A DNA stretch of 64,000 nt from assembly GCA_949358305.1 (NCBI GenBank), contig OX442314.1, positions 16,988,001 through 17,052,000 of the forward strand, read 5' to 3'. The translations under genes were made by a program, and so were the position numbers. This document shows positions 57,901 to 64,000 of the stretch, piece by piece. Each line of letters starts with the position of its first letter. Position 1 is the first letter of the stretch. This stretch comes from Strigamia acuminata. Its lineage: Eukaryota. The notes under the pieces were generated by a model, which did not search any database, had not been told where the DNA came from, and was given only the letters and a program-made list of their open reading frames with translations.

Positions 57901-59652
57901 GATGCTATTTTTGATTCCGATATTAATCATGAACCAGATTCGGTAAAATTGTGTTTTTTTTTAGAATTGAAGTCATTATAAACTGATTTTATTATCAATA
58001 GGAACAATCTCGTACTGTAAATGAATTTATTAATATGTGGACTCATTTACAAATTTGTGCAAAAGAACCGAAAAAAGAGAATAAAGTGGTGAAACCAGAG
58101 AGCATATCTTTACAGAATGCTGCTAAAAGTTTACCTCAGGTATTAGTTTCATACAAGTAATAGAAAATTGTTGAAGTAACATTTTCTTTATTCCTTTTTT
58201 AGAGTGTATCGCTTTCTTCTCCGAAGTCGAATGTTGCTTCCAGCGACTTTAGACACAATCAATATAATGACATCACCGTAAAGAAACCTGATGTAGCTGA
58301 AAAATTGTATTTGGAAAATGTTGAAGTTGCTGAAATGCCTGAAGCGGATGCCAAAACGGTAATCATTTACTATTTTTGGTAAAAATTACGAAAATTATTG
58401 TTTTAAAAAACATTATTTGTTTTCAACAGGCATACGTACGGGACGGATCTGCCAAGTTAATGAAGATTCTTCATATTGACAATGATTTTAATTCAGAAAA
58501 GACGGCCAATGTAATGGAACGTGAATATAAAGAAATGACGAATGTCCAACGACAAAAGGTTAAACCATTTGTTGCAACTCAAGTTTATCATCAAAGGTCG
58601 TTAAACACAAATAGGTAGTTATTGGTTGAATTTATTGCCGTATTGAATTTATTTTAAATAAATCTGGATGTAGGATCCCAACATTTTCCGCTACGCGTGA
58701 ACTTGCAGATGTTTTTCAACAACTTTTCAGAAGCGGTCCAGTCTTCACTTATCAAACTGCGCCAAACGTAATTGATGTTTTCCTGCGATTTATCTGCTAT
58801 TGACAATGTATCTTTGTTTTGCAGTACCAAGTTTTAGCTACGATTATATTGCCGGATAGAAAAATGATTCAAAGTAAACCCTGCCCAACCACAGAAGAAG
58901 CGTGTGAAAATGCAGCTCTGTGCGCCCTAAATCACTTGGTATGACAACATTATAAATTATGGTTTGTTAAAGTAATTTAATTTGATTTAATTTTAATAAT
59001 TTAGAAAAGTACTCTACAACCGAGTTGGCCTCTTGCCGTTGCACCACCGGGTTCAGTTAACCGACCGGTTAACCTAGGTTTGTGTAAAGAAAATTGATTT
59101 CTTTTATTTTTATGTTAATTTCTAATTGTTTTCAGGCATGTCATTCATGCGTTCGCCGCCATCCTTCGTCCCACGTTTTGCGCACCAGTTTCCATTTCCA
59201 ACTTACCAGCCACCGGAGAACTTTAATCAACAAAGTTTTAATTTTAACACGCACGTCAATCCCAACTTGGGCTCTCTGCCGGTAACAAGTTCAAATTTTG
59301 CACAGCCACCTCTCTTGTACCCACAATACGGTGCTAGTCCTGCAAATTACTTCGTTCCCACACAGGTAATTTATTTTTAAATCGGTTGTGAAATGTTTTG
59401 TTTGAGTTTCTGTTATTTTTTTAGGCCCTACACAATCGACACCACAAAAGGGATATGCAGTTTAAGCAAGAAACGAATGCTCAATCGCTGAATAATTTTG
59501 GGTTGCTACCAAATCCACAGCAATGTTTACCGTTAGATCCCCAGCAGTCAATGGGAAATCAGAATGTCCCGCACGTACAAAACGAGCGAAATCCCCATGA
59601 AAAAAAGAAAAGACGTTCTCGTGTTGCTGCTAGGTTCGAGCACAGACTTTGA
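51940..59652 (+). CDS. XRN1: 5'-3' exoribonuclease 1 (pacman)
   Basis: [83 protein letters not shown] and NVGLNLKF. Confidence 0.97.
55079..55116. mobile_element. 38-bp mini-element nested in the left arm of the MITE
   Basis: TIR catggtcctt...aaggaccatg with a perfect 7-bp flanking duplication ccgaaac. The insert is absent from the mirrored right arm. Confidence 0.75.
55187..55479. mobile_element. Nested hAT-like MITE rich in GTAC subterminal repeats
   Basis: Ends cagtgttgggc / gccttacactg. The interior has many GGTAC/GTACC motifs. The putative 8-bp TSD is degenerate (ctggcggt / ctgaaggc). Confidence 0.7.
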
Positions 59653-60347
59653 AACGAGCATTAATTATTGAATAATGAGAATAAATAAGAATTTTAAAAA
59701 ACGAAAGATTAGACAATGCCTTTTGAAAATGGAAAATATATGAATAAAGACAGACAATTGTATAAATAACTCATTGGTCCACATACTGCCAATGAATGTG
59801 CCTTAAATTTTATTCAGAGGCGCTCTAATTATTTTGATTTTTAAAATAAATATGAATTTGGTGTTTTACTAAGAATTGTAATTGTGCATTTTGTTAGGTA
59901 ATTTTTTAATTGTGATACGATTGAAATAAAAATTTAATTTTGGAATTTAGAAAACCTGGAATTTTATTTCGTCGTCCGTTCCATAGCCGTTCCTTCACGA
60001 TACATTCGGTGATTTGCTTACATAATTTCATGCGTTGTGGGAAACAAAATTGATTTTTTTGCGAATAAAAAACCGCTGTGAGTGTAATCTGTAATAAATA
60101 CACATAAAAAACGGAGTCGGAAACAAATGTTTTCAACCTTGACGGTCGTGAGAAACCTGATGTTGTTGACCATATGACCAAAGTTGACCGTCAAGGTCAT
60201 ACGAGGGGAAGCTTTGTTTCATAAATTTTACATTTTTTAAAGCAGATAAATGGCTTACCATTTTAAAAAACGAAAAAATTGCAAAAAACATTATATTTTC
60301 TTCGGCGCTCTTGTTTTGGAAACAAGGCCAAAGCAATTTTCTCCTTT

Positions 60348-60380
60348 CGCGCATGCGCTGTAAAAATACAACAGGAAGTG
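60348..60380 (+). promoter_or_regulatory. NRF1/ewg-like (GCGCATGCGC) and ETS-like (CAGGAAGT) motifs upstream of TAF10 exon 1
   Basis: cgcgcatgcgc followed by caggaagtg, about 80-110 nt before ATG 60460. Confidence 0.5.
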
Positions 60381-60459
60381 AGTCATTTTATCGTCAACTA
60401 CCATTTTGCATTTATTCTTCAATCATTAGATCAAAGTAAGATCTCCCGGAGAAAGGTCG

Positions 60460-62721
60460 ATGTCGATGGCAACTGCTGGTAAGTCTTATTTTAAACGATC
60501 ACCCCAAATGTTATTTCAAACCCTACGAATAAACAAATCATCTCGTACCGCAATTCCCCGTCAGTTCCTCCTCGGTACAAAATTATTTTTAGTCGAAAAA
60601 AAACAACACAATTTATAGCGGGTATGCGAGATGTAAAGCTAAAAATAGTTTATGTACTTCTCTAAACTTGGAATCTGCTTTCTGCCAAGTTGAAATGACT
60701 AATAACAGAAGTGCATTCGACTCTTGACTTATTAACACAACAGGCAGAGGCAGGCACTGAATTTCGTGCACATTGCGCGTGATTTCGTAGAGTGAATCAT
60801 TTTCCTTCGGTGTGGTGTGTGTTTTTGTTTATATTTGATGTTGCTTTTTGTATTGGCCGTGTAGTTGATGGGCATTTCATTTCCTCCTTGTTTTAGTGTC
60901 GCATTCTTCAATTTTCTTGCAAGATGATGTGCTCTGCCCCGTGCAATGATTTGGGCCAGATGAAACTGTTCGTGAAAGCGGGCGCAGACGGACAACGCTA
61001 CGGAGCATGCCCGCTGTGCCAACGCGCTTTTATGGTTCTCGTACTAAAGTCACAGAGTGCTAAATTCGATTTTCGAATAATCACGGTGAATTTGGCCAAA
61101 CCTCTGGACGAATTTCGCGAGCTCGGGCTCAAACGTTTACCCGCTCTAGCGCACGGTGATCGCACGTGCGACACTGTGGACGATATCGTTCAGTACATAG
61201 ACGACAATTTTGTAAACGTGGATTTGTCGTACGACAATATCGCGGCCGAAAATGCTTGCAAGAATTTCTTCTCCAAGTTCTGCTTTTTCGTCAAGGAAGT
61301 GTCGAAAGATTCGGCGCACCTTCTGTCGGAATTGCAGAAATTGAACGAGTTTTTGTCGTCGTCCGATAAAGCTTTTCTTTGCGGCAAGCAAATTTGTCAT
61401 TTGGACTGCGAAGTTCTTCCAAAATTACAACACATTCGAGTCGCCGCACGAAGTTTGAAAGATTTCGACATCCCGATCAACCTTTCGGGTGTTTGGCGCT
61501 ACTTGTACAATGCGTACAACACGAAATGTTTCGTTGATACCTGTCCGTCTGACCAGGAAATCATTCTGCATTGGTCCGACAAACCGGAGACTCCAAATTT
61601 GTCGTTAGAACAACGCGCGAGTCTCAGCAAGGAACCTGCCAAATTCTCCTACGACGTCCCCGCATTTGCTCAACCAGTCACAACTAATTAAACCGTTTAT
61701 TTTTATTTTAAAAAAATGCAGTAATCTCTCTCAAAAAAGTTGTTATTAAATATTAATGAATCTCAATGTGTGCCAAATAACTATAGATGTTACATTTGCT
61801 ATTTTTAACATTTTAAAATTACCATAAATAATTATGATGTCGAGCTAGTCACATGTTAAATATGAATCTTTTAAAAGTGTTGTTACAATTATTAAATTGA
61901 TTTTAATTGATATTAAAAAGACTTAAACATTTAACTGTACATTCAATGTGCAGCTGTTATGTCAGAAATAAAAAATATTTATGAATTTTAAAATTGGTGC
62001 TGATTTTTAGGGACAATTTGTCGTGTTTTAAAAATAAATTTTTTTATTCTCGTTATAATTAATCGTAAAATTTTTGTTTTGCTTTAGGTGATATGTCGGC
62101 GCTTGGAAATAATTCCGGATCCGGACAGGGAACAAATCAATCTGAATCAATGAAGAATCTTGGAGTTTCCTTGTCAGATTTTATTACTCAATTAGAAGAT
62201 TATGCTCCAACGGTAAATAAATATTTTTGGCAAAAAATTGTTTTTGTAATTATTCTAATTTTTATTTTATTACAGATTCCTGACACAGTCACATCGCATT
62301 ACCTCAATTCTGCTGGATTTGAAGCCTCGGATCCCCGAATGTAGGCATTTATTGTCGAATATTTTCATATTTAATTTCTATTTAATATCTTTGTTGTAGA
62401 ATTCGTCTAGTTTCATTAGCTGCTCAAAAATTCATTTCCGACATCGCTAACGATGCGTTACAACATTGCAAAATGCGAGGATCAGGCCAGAGTTCGAAAA
62501 AGGCTGGCAAAGTAAGTCGAAAATGTTAAATTCGGGCCGAAATATTTCGGTGTGTGGTGATAGTGCAATATGATGATCAAGTCACGCCACGGTTTCTTGA
62601 AAATTCACGAAATTTACGTGTTTTTTTTTAGGATAAACGTTACACATTAACAATGGAGGATCTCACACCCGCACTCATGGACTATGGAATTAATGTAAAG
62701 AAACCTCATTATTTTGTTTAA
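60460..62721 (+). CDS. TAF10: TFIID subunit 10
   Basis: Exon 60460-60478 (MSMATA-G|gtaagt) joins in frame to 62088. Motifs [56 protein letters not shown] and LTMEDL...KKPHYFV*. Confidence 0.94.
60924..61691 (+). CDS. CLIC: Chloride intracellular channel (CLIC; GST fold); intronless ORF nested in TAF10 intron 1
   Basis: [58 protein letters not shown] and [11 protein letters not shown]. Confidence 0.92.
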   Translation: MMCSAPCNDLGQMKLFVKAGADGQRYGACPLCQRAFMVLVLKSQSAKFDFRIITVNLAKPLDEFRELGLKRLPALAHGDRTCDTVDDIVQYIDDNFVNVDLSYDNIAAENACKNFFSKFCFFVKEVSKDSAHLLSELQKLNEFLSSSDKAFLCGKQICHLDCEVLPKLQHIRVAARSLKDFDIPINLSGVWRYLYNAYNTKCFVDTCPSDQEIILHWSDKPETPNLSLEQRASLSKEPAKFSYDVPAFAQPVTTN

Positions 62722-62989
62722 CTTGGCATCTTATTATGTTTATATTAACCATATTTTATTTACTGTACCAATGTGGTAATGTAAATCAATTAATTTGAAA
62801 CTTAAACGGTTCAAATTAAAGTATTATTTAACACAATTTTTGACTGAAATAAATTAATTTTTTCTTTGAAAAGAAGGAAATGAAGTTTTATCTGGTTTTT
62901 TCGAATAAAAGCGATCGAAAACGTTTTGTATTCGCTTCAAAATAATTACAAAACTATAAAAGAATTATTTAGACGATAGTAACACGTGA

Positions 62990-63061
62990 AGCAGAGTGGC
63001 GCAGTGGAAGCGTGCTGGGCCCATAACCCAGAGGCCGATGGATCGAAACCATCCTCTGCTA
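62990..63061 (+). tRNA. Initiator tRNA-Met (CAT)
   Basis: AGCAGAGTGGCGCAGTGGAAGCGTGCTGGGCCCATAACCCAGAGGCCGATGGATCGAAACCATCCTCTGCTA. Has A1-U72, three G-C anticodon-stem pairs and the AUCG T-loop, followed by a poly-T terminator. Confidence 0.98.
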
Positions 63062-63296
63062 ACAATTTTTTTTTTTTTTTTTTAAATTTAATTTAGTTTA
63101 TTTTGATTTGATTATGATATAAAAAACTGGCATTTGTCTTTTGTCAAAATTGGAAGAATTTCAAGCAATTTTTTCGTGATTAAAAATACACTTCCGCGAA
63201 TCTTTTGTTGGATTTTTCCCGATCGGTCTGAAACAGCAGCGCCACCGCCGACCAGCAACCAGTCACCACATTTTTGGTTGGTTAGTTGCATCTGCA

Positions 63297-64000
63297 ATGT
63301 CGGACCCACAGTCTTTGCTCTCGAAACATCTTCACCAAATTCGTGTTCCTCAACCTGGTGAAAAAATTTACAAAGATGAGTGTGCCTTTTCTTTCGATAC
63401 ACCCGTAAGTATTTGAAATCCAAAAATCGCTTACTCACAATTATTAATCGTATGTAGGCCTATGTTTGACATTTACCGACAAGCGTTTTTGTGTAGTATT
63501 TATGCAAATTATAATAAGTCATTGTTCTTAAACTTATATATTTCTTCAATTCCTACTTTTATTTCCAGGAGTCTGAGAATGGATTGTTCATTTGTATGAA
63601 TTCCTTTCTTGGATTTGGCCAGGATCATGTCGAAAGGCATTTTAGAAAAACCGGCAACGCCGTTTATTTACAACTTTTAATGAGAAAACGAGACGTAAAA
63701 GTTTGATCCTAAAGAGGTAAATCATTCACTCACTATTTTTTATGTTTAGATTTCAGTGGAAGCACCGAAAACCTCCGAAGGGAAAAAAATAACTCGAATG
63801 GCAATAGGTAACAACATAAAAGCAACTTATTTCACAAAATTACATTACAAAATGGTCTTTTATTATTTTCAGGAGTTGAAGGCGGTTTTGATATTGATAC
63901 CGGCAAAAAGTTTGAATACGATGAGCGTTGTAACATTGTAATTCTTCCAGATTTTGTGCAAATTTCGTTTCCAAATTCTAATTTGCCCGAAGTGGTAATA
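63297..64000 (+). CDS. USP5: Ubiquitin carboxyl-terminal hydrolase 5 (isopeptidase T; USP5/13 family), 5' part
   Basis: [39 protein letters not shown]...[11 protein letters not shown]...[14 protein letters not shown]. Confidence 0.9.

Overview
AT-rich, very gene-dense eukaryotic DNA with mostly ~55-70 nt GT-AG introns. It is probably from a compact arthropod genome; this is inferred from gene content and intron style and is not verified. About 19 protein-coding genes occur in order: RER1 (partial), a NOL7-like gene, PI3K p110, sds22/PPP1R7, PUSL1, CPTP/GLTP-like, MLF, an uncharacterised Cys-His-Asp (NAT/transglutaminase-like) gene, D2HGDH, LPCAT3, TDP-43, spermidine synthase, VPS13D, SPCS1, SPSB/gustavus, XRN1, TAF10 with a nested CLIC, and USP5 (partial). 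There is also an initiator tRNA-Met and nested MITEs in an XRN1 intron. The most notable observations are: (1) the NAT-like gene cannot be read through its apparent 5' exons without recoding (in-frame UGA or antizyme-like +1 shift) or exon skipping; (2) an intronless CLIC ORF sits inside TAF10 intron 1 on the same strand and appears to share its first exon; (3) D2HGDH has two diverged, equal-length alternative terminal exons carrying catalytic residues; (4) VPS13D has a duplicated, mutually exclusive exon pair; (5) a triple-nested transposon insertion duplicated an XRN1 splice donor; (6) several enlarged introns are closed by RNA stems. Exon boundaries were read by eye and no database searches were run.
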